From: Tubulanus polymorphus
Lineage: Eukaryota; Animalia; Nemertea
Assembly (NCBI RefSeq): GCF_964204645.1
Contig: NC_134028.1
Location: 9,424,001-9,488,000 of the forward strand
DNA length: 64,000 nt
Direction of reading: 5' to 3'
This document shows positions 38,661 to 50,964 of this stretch, in pieces. Position 1 is the stretch's first letter; every line of letters starts with the position of its first letter. Below the pieces are notes generated by a model, which saw only the letters and a program-made list of their open reading frames with translations, searched no databases and was not told where the DNA came from. A program made the translations under genes and the position numbers.

Positions 38661-41600
38661 GACTGTTCAGTGTACTGTTAGGAATATAAAATCAATACTC
38701 GTATAGGATCAAAATATGAATATTGCGAATCATAAAGTTATTAAGATATTGAGTTATTGAAATTATTTACTATTCATATTATTCCCCTGTACCAATATCA
38801 GTCCTCCAGTTCTGAATTCTTATTCATAGCATCTGATCTAATCTATCTGAGTTTATATATATTTTGTATGAATCAAATTAATTATCTATTGTAATTTTGT
38901 CTGGTATTTATTTATTGATGTAAATTATTCAGGAAATAAATAAATAATAATAATAATAATAATAATCTTCTATAGTTGATAAGATATAAATTTGTTTCCG
39001 AGGGCACGTGTTCGAATCTGAAACATTTGAGATACATATTTCAGTTCGAATGCAATATCTCTGATGTCGACTCGAGCTGAAATCAAAATAAGCGGTTTGT
39101 GTCAACGCGGAAAAGAACATCTCGTTCGTACGTTATATTGTGCCCAGGGTTTATAGGGGGGGGGCTGTTTTGTTTTCTGGCGCGAGAAAAAAAGTTAATG
39201 GGCCAATGTGTTTTTTTAAGCATGCCTCTGGCCGTATAGAAATTATCTTTTTTTTATAATGGTCCAAATCATTTAGTCCTAGAATCATCAAATTTGGTCC
39301 TTGGAATCTATCCTACGTGAAGGTTAAACTCTGCAACCTCTGGCAAGCGAGGAAGAGTCATCGAAAGTGTTGACATCGCCAGGCATTGACAAATCTCTAA
39401 TGAGAGACAAAGAGATGTGACAATTCTTTATGGGTGAAAACCGTGGTTAAATTGAAGTTTACTCTTGACAATAAATATTGACAGTATGCGGCATCGGCTG
39501 AGTCATATTGTTACACAGGCTCAACTCTTAGTGTCATAATATCCGATAATTACTGGTAAATTAAAATACAGCTCAACTACTCGCGTCGTCATATTGACAT
39601 TGACTGCTTTGATCTACGAGTTCTGCACGTGATTCCATCGACTCTGTTTCCATACTGCACAGTCCGGCCATCACAGAATGACTGTGCATCTTTAACGCTG
39701 ATAAAAAACCGTTGCAAAAAATGTTTTTATATGTATAAACTTTATTGTCAAAGTATTACAACTTTTATGGCGAAATTAACACAGCATAATATCATAATTG
39801 ATTGAAGATTGGTGGACAGGGTTCTCCATATCATGTTAGTTGAAATCAGTTGAAAAGAAAAATAATCTAATGATATAGAGAACTTACAACAACAAAACGG
39901 AAAAGGGAGTTAATTACAGTTTGAAAAGATGAATAATTTATGCATTCTTATTTGTCAATAATTTAATTCAATTCTCGAAATGTGTTTGCCACTAAAACTT
40001 GTCCAGCACTCGCTGAGTGTTGGGGCAGTGTTATTAGAGACACGACATGCGGATGCGGTTTAATCGTGATGTACCATATTCGTTTAATTAGGGTTTCCTG
40101 ATTTTCGGTAGAAAACCCTATTGTTATTCCTTCGACTTTTATTATTATTATTATTACACCGGTTCTTTTCACGCTTGATTACACCCTTTACAAGTCTGTT
40201 ACTATCCTCGCTGTTATTCAAGACGAAATCTGTCCAATGATATTCTGGCATGAATCATATATCTAACGTTACTGCACCTGGATTTTACGGATCATCGACT
40301 TAAATTCGCTTTCGGTTTTTGAACATCGTACATTTAGCCCCAATGATGAACTGCCATATAACTTTAACCCGTCACCATTTCGGGGAATTCGCCGGACGTT
40401 TCTTGGGACAATTTGGTAATCTACGATATCAATCCAAGTGTAAATGTAATTTATTCCGCAAATTTTACACATTCGGCGGCAGGATTTAAACGATAATTTG
40501 AACAACATTTCGTTTCTCCTACGTTACGTTACCTATCTCTACCAGATTCACAGGATATTTACTACTGTATATTACCTCATTGAATATTATTCAATTTTTA
40601 TGATTAACATAGACACCTTTGTTCGTATCCCAAGAGACGTTAAATTTTCGAAATTCAGAAGTCTAGAAAAGAACTGTACTAGAAAAATAATGTTTATTTT
40701 TAACGATTTAAAATTGACGCGAGCACGAAATTTGTAAATGTACAAAAGTGTGTCCACACAAATATAAATATTTATACCATGCATGTCATATACCTATACA
40801 TATCATGGAAATGCTTCTAAGTACCTATTGTATATTTTACATGTTTTGGTGATATATGTTGGAATTATCTTCAGGTAGTAGCTTTACAGTTTTATCATGC
40901 ACCCGTTTTGTATCATAAAAAATGTACGGATTTGGATGATAATTCATACAGATATAAGAACACAACACAGAGCCTTAATTCCCAATCTTACCACTTGGTA
41001 GCATAAATTTCAATTCACTATCAGTTTTCTTTTTCGCGCGTAGTCTAGTAAATCACATAACTTGGTTTATTGATATTCTTACATATCTGCAACATGCCAT
41101 TTGGCATAATTAGTTATATATCACTGCCACCAGGTGACTGTGTCCTGAAAGGACCATATCTTCGTTTTCCTCAGAGCTATCGTGACTACATCCGGTAGAT
41201 CTACATTCCTATCAAGCCTGCATATGTTGACGCCTAGGTGGCGCTTCAACAAAATAACCTGTCTTCACACCTTTTTATGTAAATAGACCTAACACTGTTA
41301 CTTAATGCTGTAAATAATTATATCCTAATTAAACTCGCTAGATTTGTTTATATCAGCCTTGAATTACTTAAGTAAACTGCATGTACATGATATTGTCTCT
41401 ATTATTATTCTATTCCATATTCGTATTTTATAAAATGTTGATACACTGATTTTGACGGAACTTTGTAGTAAAGAGTTATCGCCGATCTTTTCCTGTTATT
41501 CTGTTAGTTTTGCTGATTCATTCATCGTCGACAATATAAAGTTATTTAGTTATTTTTCAAGGCGTCGATAAACTCATTTTAGTAAGTTTTTTTGTTGATG

Positions 41601-43560
41601 TATTAAAAAAGATAGGAGCTCCCCGATATACTGTAAATACATATGTAAGTTGAAATTCTATATTTACTTTTTCATAACGAGATTGATATAACTGAATTAA
41701 TGTGCGTGAATTGAAATTTCACAAGTTACTTAATATGGTAAAATTGAATTATGATTCATCTTTAAACAATGATAAGAAATTTAGTTTTAATAATTCTACG
41801 GCAAGTTTTTCATACCATCTCTCGTTAGCACGCGTTAGAGGATTTGTACGACGACACCGCCGAATTCCCTTGGACCGGGAATTTTCTTTAGAGATATGAG
41901 CAAAGCTCGCCGGATGATGCGACGATGTAGCGAACAATTTCGAAAATTTTAATTCCGTTTTAATTTGAGATGTTAGACGAACGTGTCGACGAATTCGGCG
42001 GAGTGAGTAATTTTATTGAATTTGTTCTACCAGGTGAAAACCTATCGAGTAATCTAGAATCTCAGTTGGGGGTATACGGCTCTATATAAATGTCCTTCTG
42101 TACCAGTCCTCTGTATCGGACCGATGACGCATATCTGTCATATTAATCTAAAATATTCCCACATGTCTCTCTGAGTTGTGCTCGCTCGAACTATCAATAA
42201 AAAAATAACGGACGAGAGATAAAGGTAGTCAGGTTCCTGCCTGGCAAATCGATTTATCAACAACAGATCAAAGATAGCTCAAAAATCTCCCGATTTTTCA
42301 ACGAGCTAGTATCCAATCCCTGTGAGTGCAAACATAGCGCCTATCTATTGCGAGAGTGCAAAGTATTGTTTGTGCATCTTATATCCAGGATCCAGTTCCA
42401 CGGTTGTTGGTTAGAATTAACTCTTAAAGTTAGCTTTTGACCTTTAGTTAGTAGACAGAGCGACTTGCCATTTCGAGATGTGATGTTAATACGCTGAATT
42501 CCAAGAGCGATTTCAAGTTAGATTTAGCCTGCTCTAACAAGAAAAGGCAATTGCTAAAATTCAGCAATCATCAAATCATTGATTATCAAATTCCTAAACA
42601 GGTAGACAAAAGAAAACTTGAAATTATTTTCGCGCGTGTTCCTGCTTCATCCATATAGAAAATATTTGATTATTCCGGAATAAAACTTATATTTAGCACG
42701 TCAAAACGAATTAATAGAATTTTCATATAGCACCGATACAATTTAAGTTGTATGCCCCTCCCCTCCTAAAACCGTGTTCCCTAAAACCTGATCTGGTGCC
42801 GTGAAATCGGATCCTCCTAAGGGGAATCTAAACAAATTTGCTTCAGTTTATGTTGTTTGTAATGTTTCAGAAATATATCATTTCATACATAATATATATT
42901 TATCACATTTTGGCTTTGAAACGCTTTGGTAGAAAATAAACCACGACTTCATGTCCAGAATTGTCACCCCATCTGCTGACGATAATGATAGTGATAATTT
43001 TTAATCAATACGGCTGAGTCACTTCGCTGCAAGATGCAGCCTAGTAAGTGTTTTTTTTCATCGGGTTTTATTATATTCATAATAAGAAATAAATTGCCGA
43101 CCGGGGTTTATAAATTCCGGTCGACTGAATGAACCATAAAAACAATTTTTAATGCATTATACCGTCAGCCATGCGTCATTTAGGATCGGTGCAGTCTGGT
43201 GGTAGCATGAAAGCGACGTTTGTTTACGTCGTTCAAAAAGAGATGTTTATAGAATTCGTATATCACGCGCGCCGAGTCAGAAAGATTGCGGGATTCGAAC
43301 TCATTGCTCTAATGGATACCCCATGCCGTTAGCTATTCCACCAGATGGTACGACAATAGGAGATCTAAACTCGAATTCTAGCCATTTAAAAACTTTGATA
43401 TGTTGAAAACCTCAAATTTCAATTCTAAATGTATTAAAAAAACCGTTTAAATGTACAATACAGCGAATTGTGAGTTAGAATGTATCTATGTATATCAATA
43501 CGAAACTATGTACCAGCTACGGTCGCCGCGAAGCAGTGCGCCTTAAAATTTGGTGTGGTT

Positions 43561-44019
43561 AGGAAGCATCTCAAAATTTCAATAGTTCCGTAAATTAGAA
43601 TAACTGTCTAATTGGTTTTAACCCCCCTCCCCCCCTTTGATTAGACACATGCCAAAGTTGGAACTATTGATTTTCTAATGAGAGACCACAGACAAAGATA
43701 AGACATTCTCATGAGTGTATTTCGACCAGAAATTATGATTGGTGAATTAGCAAAATTTAAAGTGGAAAACCTATTAAACTCTAATAGACTTTATAAACAA
43801 AATAAAATATATCTAGAATACCAACAGCATCTAAAAAAGAGACGGTTGAATCTAATGCTTGAAATATGAAACTGCAATTCAATTCAATGTTATCTGGCAC
43901 CGCAATAAGTCGATAGTTCGGCAGTCGTGATGAATCCGCGGGAGGCCTCCACCCCTTCCCCACCCCCTTCCGCGAGTTATACTAGTTGAAGTACCTATCG
44001 AAATTTTGAGATGCTCCCT
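43561..44019. mobile_element. MITE with ~25-bp TIRs
   Basis: AGGAAGCATCTCAAAATTTCAATAG mirrors CTATCGAAATTTTGAGATGCTCCCT. Confidence 0.65.
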
Positions 44020-45661
44020 TTGTCAATAATAGTACTAACTGATGCAACTGATATAAACGGGTGTGAAAATATTCTTACGGGCCAAACGGAGGCAAACAAA
44101 GTTTCAGCCAATCAGTGAGCAGAAATTTCAATACGGTATTTACTATCATGGACCCACTATCATTGCATCAAAAAATAATTCTACAGCGTACGAGCGCCTA
44201 ATGGATTAAAAATTTGAATCCCGGATTGTTTAACTACAATTTTGTTCGCCTCAGATAGAACTCAACGGGTACAGGTTAACCAAGTGTCGTATGATCAGGC
44301 AGGGGTTTGAATTATGACACGTAATTTTCAAATGGTTTGACTAAATTCCACGGCCAATAAATGGAAAAGTTTTAAATACTGGGCTAAAAAATACCAGTGG
44401 TTTCCACGGATTGTACTACAGTATGTATGTACCGTAAACGAGCCAAGCACCCGAGATAGTTTAAAAAGTAAACCGAAAGGGGGCAATGATCAATTTAAAA
44501 AAATGCGATCATGTGAACGCATACGCATGAACCATTTGTAATGTCAATGATTAGTACGGTTTTCTCTCGATACGAATGGCGCAGTTGGAGAACGTTTAGC
44601 TGACATGTTCGGCGCTCTGCGTGGGATGCTGTCATCGTTGCTACAAAAAAGTAAATTTTTTGGCTTAGCAGGCTTGTTCAGTCCAAAAAGCTCTTCTGGC
44701 GCCATAATAAAGTCACTAGCCGTACACGACAGTCATCCCCTGTTTAACAGAAACTTATATGCGCCCGCGGAAACTATCAACGTATTCATTTACAATCAAA
44801 TTCCATTACGATCTTGAATTACACCCATATTTTCAGCCTCCCACATAAGCACTTGAGTAAAATCAAATATCTAGGTATTTAGGGTTCATATTGGCACGAT
44901 TTTCAATCATCATTCGTATTGATTTGAGAAACAGTGGATAGATGTTTATTGTATCTGAGAGGTATATCCGGAAAAGAGATCCCAGTGTAGATCATCGATA
45001 AAAAAGGCGGACCGTAGAAAATAACTCCAGAGAGTGTAGGTAGTAAACAAGGGTTCCAGGCACACCACCCCTACATGGGACGTGGTTTGAAACGGCTCAT
45101 AAATCAGAAGATTTTAATATTCAATGCCCTATGGTGAAACAGTAAATACATAGTTATTCGGCTATTTAACATCCAACACCCCCCCCCCCCTCGTGACCAT
45201 ATACAAAAATCAATGACCTGGAAACTCACTATCACTATCAAAGACCATGTCATGGGCTACAACTTTGCAATTGATTGCGGTTACAAAACATCCATCGGTA
45301 TCGATATAAAATGGCAAATTGTATATAATTCAATATGTTACTCCCCCTGGTGGTAAGAAAAAATAACTGGGTAACCACAATAAGAAGAACTTCACGTCAG
45401 AAGTTGAATCCTATGACTGTGGTAACTGTTATCAAATATCAAAACTTTTAGTCAAAACTTGTTGATATTATCCTTTAAAAAACCGTTTTCTACCTACGAA
45501 TAAGAAAGTAGGTAATCGACGCGATCTACCAACAACCCCAGTTGTACGAATGTACATTGTTGCCACCTGGTGGATCCTCACGTGCCACAGTCTACTGCGG
45601 AGCCCTCATTTTACCCTGTGCAACAGAACAGTGGATAGGCCTGCGGGACTGTGGGGAGGTA

Positions 45662-45823
45662 CTCTCTGTCTACAAGCACACGACGCGAAGGGAAACAGGA
45701 GACAGAAACATGTTTCCGCGCATTTCCCTTTGCCGTGTGCATTTACGAGAAACGAAAATGGAGTATGGTTTCGGAAACTCCGAGATGATTAAACATTCTT
45801 GTTTCCCGTATTTCTGTGTTTCC
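45662..45823 (+). repeat. Interspersed repeat family D, copy 1
   Basis: AAGCACAC...AGGGAAACAGGAGACAGAAACATGTTT is shared with 48150-48320; GAAACA/TGTTTC inverted submotifs. Confidence 0.7.
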
Positions 45824-47090
45824 ATGCACCCCCCACCCCCCCACCCCCGAATTGTCCATGCGCCGTGTGCGATGGGCTTTTAAAACGACCTTCTTTTCTA
45901 CTCTTAAGCACCATGAACGTATATTCTTCATGGCTCCGTGGAATGAATAATGTACACATGGTAACTGGTTCGGGGAAAAAGGAACAAATAACAATTTTTT
46001 TCGGGTTAGTATATTACAAATGTGTAGGCGGTTTTCCGTTTGTAAATCAGGTAATGCATTGTTTACTGTTATTACGGTCCGAGTCAGCCACTATGTATAG
46101 AATTCAATTAATGTTTTCGTCTACCTATTAGAAAACTTTCTGAGCTTTGAAATGTTTGTCATTTTGTGCATGAAAAATTCAAATCGACTGCGGAAGGCTT
46201 GTTTACAGGGGCCAGTGGCCCAAAGGTTGTTTTAAGCTACCCAAACTCTGAAAACTATGTGATATTTTGAAATGCTTTTCTTAGTTGGCTTACGTAGTTA
46301 CTTTTTTCATATTTCATATACATACCCAGTAAAAAAAACCACAGTTAATGTTACCGTAGGTTAATTCAAGGTTAACATATATCATTCTGTTGCTGGGAAC
46401 AAATTGTCATGGACGGTTCGAGAATTTATCACCAGATGGCGCGAACGGAGCGCCATCGCGGAGTTTCTTGTACGCCGTACTATCGTAGTTGTTATACGTC
46501 GGTGTGATTAACGAACATATAAAATGTACCAACTTGCCTATGAAAAAGAGATAGAAAATGCATACAAGGTAGACAATTAAGGAATTGTGACCAGATAGGA
46601 GAGTTGTTCTTCGGTTAAACTTTTAGAATACGGGTTGGTTTGTACGATACATTATCCCGACAAAAGGAACTATTATTCTTTGTGGTTCGGGACACAAGGC
46701 GCTATAATACGTGTTCCGCGACACCCTGAAATAATCGAACCTAAAACGGGTAACACACCGCAGACCGAGGCTAATGAATGCAGGCGCCATCGACGTAATT
46801 TAATAATTATCCCGAACACAAAATAACTGATACACATTAACGTCAACTCTGAACCCGATTCACCGATGAATTACTAACGAAATATTTGTTTCTCGTTTCG
46901 TCGAATGTCGTCGATCGGCGGTTTGCGTTTGTTTGTACTGTATGGATCCAGTCATAGCCGATATCCCATACACCCGAAAACTAATTCGACACTACGGTAA
47001 CGCTTACCGAATACCCGTTATAACAAAATTCCGTGATCAATATGTCGAGAATCTCACACCGATATAACGAAAGATAAAGTCCGAAATGGT

Positions 47091-47282
47091 ACGATAACCA
47101 CACTCAAACGTGGTGAACAGATGATAAGACGTTTCGATCTCACACTAGAGAACCTCGTCAGGTGTCGATGATCTCTAGTGTGAGATCGAAACGTCGTGTT
47201 CTTATATTTTAGATTGTTTCAATTAATAAATTCTCGATTTTAGATTTCTTTTAATTTGTAAATAGTGGGTTTTTATCTTATC
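47091..47282. mobile_element. Inverted pair of family H1 hammerhead repeats
   Basis: Minus copy ACACCTGACGAGGTTCTCTAGTGTGAGATCGAAACGTC (47128-47165) abuts plus copy CGATGATCTCTAGTGTGAGATCGAAACGTCGTGT (47166-47199); family tail sequences lie on both outer sides. Confidence 0.75.
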
Positions 47283-47285
47283 ATT

Positions 47286-47446
47286 AAGTCTGAAAACTTC
47301 CCTTTCAGCTAGAAATGTATTCATCGGACGTTTCGACTATTTTCTAATATAGTCATCTTCAGGATACTGAGTGAAAGGTGACTATTATGATATAGTCGTA
47401 AAGTCGGATGAATAAATTTATAGCTGAAAGGAAACTTTTCGGACTT
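47286..47446. mobile_element. Second hammerhead-bearing inverted repeat (family H2)
   Basis: Imperfect 160-bp palindrome; minus strand 47323-47366 reads ATC-CTGAAGA-T-GACTAT(ATTAGAAA)ATAGTC-GAAA-CG-TC; the plus-arm copy is degenerate. Confidence 0.65.
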
Positions 47447-48149
47447 CATCTTCCGCTATATTAGTGTGGGAATCTCTAAATATCGCTACAACAGTGTTTC
47501 ATCAATTGGTAGCATTTTTTTCTAATCCGGAGTTTTTGGTGTGGCAATTTGTCTGCTATAGCAGCCCACATAATAGCGAACCCGCATAGGCTGCTAGCCT
47601 CATAGATTCACTAAGTCAGCCGAAGCGTCATGTTGAGGGTGGACGACGTGAAGACACTGGCGGTGTATCATTAACTCGCGACAACCGACTAGACTCCATT
47701 CATAAACCTGGTCACCACCGTCTACAACTCGAGGCGCTTCTTTTATCAGTTCGATCTTTAATTCTATCTTTATTTCTATCTAAATTATGTGTTAAATTCG
47801 ACGGTTAACAACTGACCTACAATTAGTGCGTATTCAAATCGAATTTTCGTCCTATGTTTGTGAGCCGGAGCATACCGCCGACAATTCGGCCCCATTGATA
47901 ACTTGAGAGAATTGGTCTTCGATAAAGAATAGATTGTTCATATTGTCAACAAGCATTAGAAGTCCACTAGTTTGACTCCGTAACGCGGGATTTGAGGCTC
48001 ATACTATATGGTAGAATAGCCACATTCTGACGTGGAGAACAGTTATAAGTTTAAAAACCCACTTTAAACAGAATTAAAAACGAATTTTATTCATCAAGAA
48101 TTTGAATCAAAATGCACGACGTTTCGAAATCTCACTAGTACGAAGAGCA

Positions 48150-48320
48150 TCTCTCTCCGTTAAGCACACAGCGCAGGGAAACAGGGAAACAGGAGACAGA
48201 AACATGTTTTCGAGCGTTTCATTGTGCCGTTTGCGTTTGCAAGAAAAAAACAGGAAACATGATTTTTCGCGAATAGTGTCCGAGGTCAAACACGTTTGTT
48301 TCCTTGTTTCTGTGTCACCG
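48150..48320 (+). repeat. Interspersed repeat family D, copy 2
   Basis: Matches 45662-45823; both give the spurious peptide RETGDRNMF in the ORF track. Confidence 0.7.
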
Positions 48321-48795
48321 GTATTCCGTGAAAAATACCCCTAATTTTACCGGGCTTATTACTATAGTCGCCGCGAGATAAGTTGTTGTGACTTCACATT
48401 GTTTTGAAGGAATAACGGCAACGTGTACGAATATGATAAATGACGTTTATTTGAGACGGACAATATTTAGAAAGTTTGTTTAAAGCCGCGTGTGTACGAA
48501 TATATACAATTTACACAGTCTGGTTTACAGTAATTGGATTGTTTAGAAAATGTATCCGTTTTTTTCCGCTAGCGTTTCCAGTTCGTGGATTCGCGGCGGG
48601 GGACCATGAAAGTTGATGAGAAACTAATTTATTCCGTGCAACATTGTGTCAGACAGAGTTAACTACAAAGTAACTCTGAAACCATTCGTATGTTGTATAT
48701 ACGCTCGATGGGAACTAATGAGATATATCGTAGGGAAGGACGGGCAAAAAAATTAAAATGGTCAGCAGGACTGAGTCATGGAACAGGTATACCCC

Positions 48796-49087
48796 CAGGG
48801 GCGTCACTAGGATTTTAAAAGGGGATCAGAATTAATACAAGCGGGAACTGTACGCACCACTGAAGGCAAACGAGCATTTTTGAAATTGCTTGAATGTTCC
48901 TAAATAGTCTTAATTTTTGAAATTCGAAGAATGAGAGTAGCGTTTCCCGGACCGTTTCACCCTTAAGGCAATACAAAAAGGTAACATTTCCGGAATGTGA
49001 AAAAACTATACTTGGAACTAACAGAATATGGAACTAGGATTTGAAAAGAGGGGTCCGCACCCACGACGCCATCTGGTGACGCCCATG
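48796..49087. mobile_element. hAT-like MITE
   Basis: CAGGGGCGTCACTAG mirrors CTGGTGACGCCCATG; no clean TSD. Confidence 0.6.
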
Positions 49088-50250
49088 AGACCCTAAATGA
49101 TGAAGCTAATATTCAAATAAACATATTGGACTCATCTGTATTCAGATCTTTATTTTGGTTTCGGGACGAAAATCCTCATTCAAAATGAAGCCAAAATGAA
49201 ATTGCTTTTAAGGCTTGTTCATCAGTTACTTTGTGCGACAAATGTTATTTGGAATATGAAGTCATAAAACGTCATAATATCGTTATATCTGGAGAAGTAT
49301 CACCGACCATAGACTTTTTCGCGTGACGTCATGGCGTAACGTTTGTTGGACGTCAGTAATGGATGGTGGACTACCATTCGACGGTCAATATGACGCACGT
49401 GAAGTATACGTGTAACGTCGTCCGCGAATAAGGTATGTTACAGTTGTGTCGGTGCTAATATCAATTCGCCGTTAAGACGTTGAATCCTCGGGGAAAGTTG
49501 TCACGCGAACTTCGCAGCCCAAGTATCATCAATAAAACATCACATTTATACTGAATACACTGATAATCAACACCGTAAAATGACCATCAATTTCAGCTCA
49601 GCCCGTGTAGCAGAGGTTACGGAGGGTGGCAAGGGGATCTAGGAAAATTTGGAGGCTGGGGTCCAGAAAGAAAGAGAAGGTATTTTTCATATAAAGTAGG
49701 TATGGCCTACTAGCGGGTGATTACTCTTGGTATTAGATATTTTCTAAGAAATACATTGATAAAATATCAAATTTATGAAACGATGCGAATATCAAATTTG
49801 CACTTTCAACGATTTTTGGCTTGACGAAATAGGCAACCTCAATAGGAAGGCAGGGGTCCAGACCCTCGTGACCACCCCTAAATCCGACCTGGGTGCGCGA
49901 ATTCATCCCCCGACGGAAGAGGTCCACATTATTGCCAAATGTCAGAAAAGATACGTCTTGTACAGGAATCGATTCGAAAAATAAGGCCACATACAAGCGA
50001 CGTGCAATTGTGCAACGCTTTGTGCGCAATCGCTTACAGTGTTTTCAAGGATGGATTATCGCAACGGCTGTTTGGCAGGTGTCAACTCTGGTTCGATCGA
50101 TGAATTGCAGTATGTCCAGAATCCTGTGGCGTGAATCGAGGATCGGGAAACGAGAGCATTAATTCCGGTTTTGAAGTCGGCCTATTAGGCAGCGCATCCG
50201 GTTTGAAATTTTGCTACTTGTGTTCAAATCTATCAACTTAGCTCCTATAT

Positions 50251-50587
50251 AGCCGCGATCACACGGACACGATTTGGCCCGGGCCAAATTGGCACGGATC
50301 AGGCTCGGACCAAATTTGGCCCGTGCCTAATTAGAGAGCGCGTTCACACGCAAACCATTCACTCGATACTAAACAATGCTCAAACAAAGCGAAGTGGATC
50401 ATTTCCGGTGCCAGTTTCAAACGCAATCATTTGTCTGGTGCTAAAATTTGGCTCGGGCCTGGTCCGACGTTTTTGGTCGGGTCAAATTTGGCCCGGGCCA
50501 AATAGGCTGGGGCCCATTGGCACCCGTGTGAACAGTTGTTCCGGGCCAAATTGGGCCCGGGCCAAAAATGCTCGTGTGATCGCGACT
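50251..50587 (+). mobile_element. MITE family C, copy 3 (best preserved)
   Basis: TIRs AGCCGCGATCACACG and CGTGTGATCGCGACT; repeated palindromic TTTGGCCCGGGCCAAA. Confidence 0.85.
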
Positions 50588-50932
50588 CATATCTTCACGA
50601 TTTTTTTTAGTTTCCTTCTTGACCTATATATACTCGCTATCGCAATCGCTTCGTTTATCAATTAGATAACCGTTGACTCGCAGATTATACAGACTCGAGG
50701 CTTTCGGTATGGTCGAACTTTTTAATCTATTTCCGCATCCCTTTGCAATCGTGCTGACGAAAATCGGCGTCGCTGTGCCTCAGATCTGAACAGTTTCAAA
50801 CTATTACTGAAGCTTACAAGTAAAAACCCGCAGCTGATATTAAAGCGTCTGTTTCCGGACCAAATAGATGGGAGTCAATCAATTAGTCGGTCTAACCTAC
50901 GAGCAATCAGTTGAGATGATTGACTCGTATAG

Positions 50933-50933
50933 G

Positions 50934-50964
<31 letters not shown>

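Noticed and set aside
49155-49185. Further hammerhead motif on the minus strand
   Set aside because: Reads TTGAATGAGGATTTTCGTCCCGAAACC; the CUGANGA core is broken and there is no NUH site or stem I, so it is at best a decayed relic.
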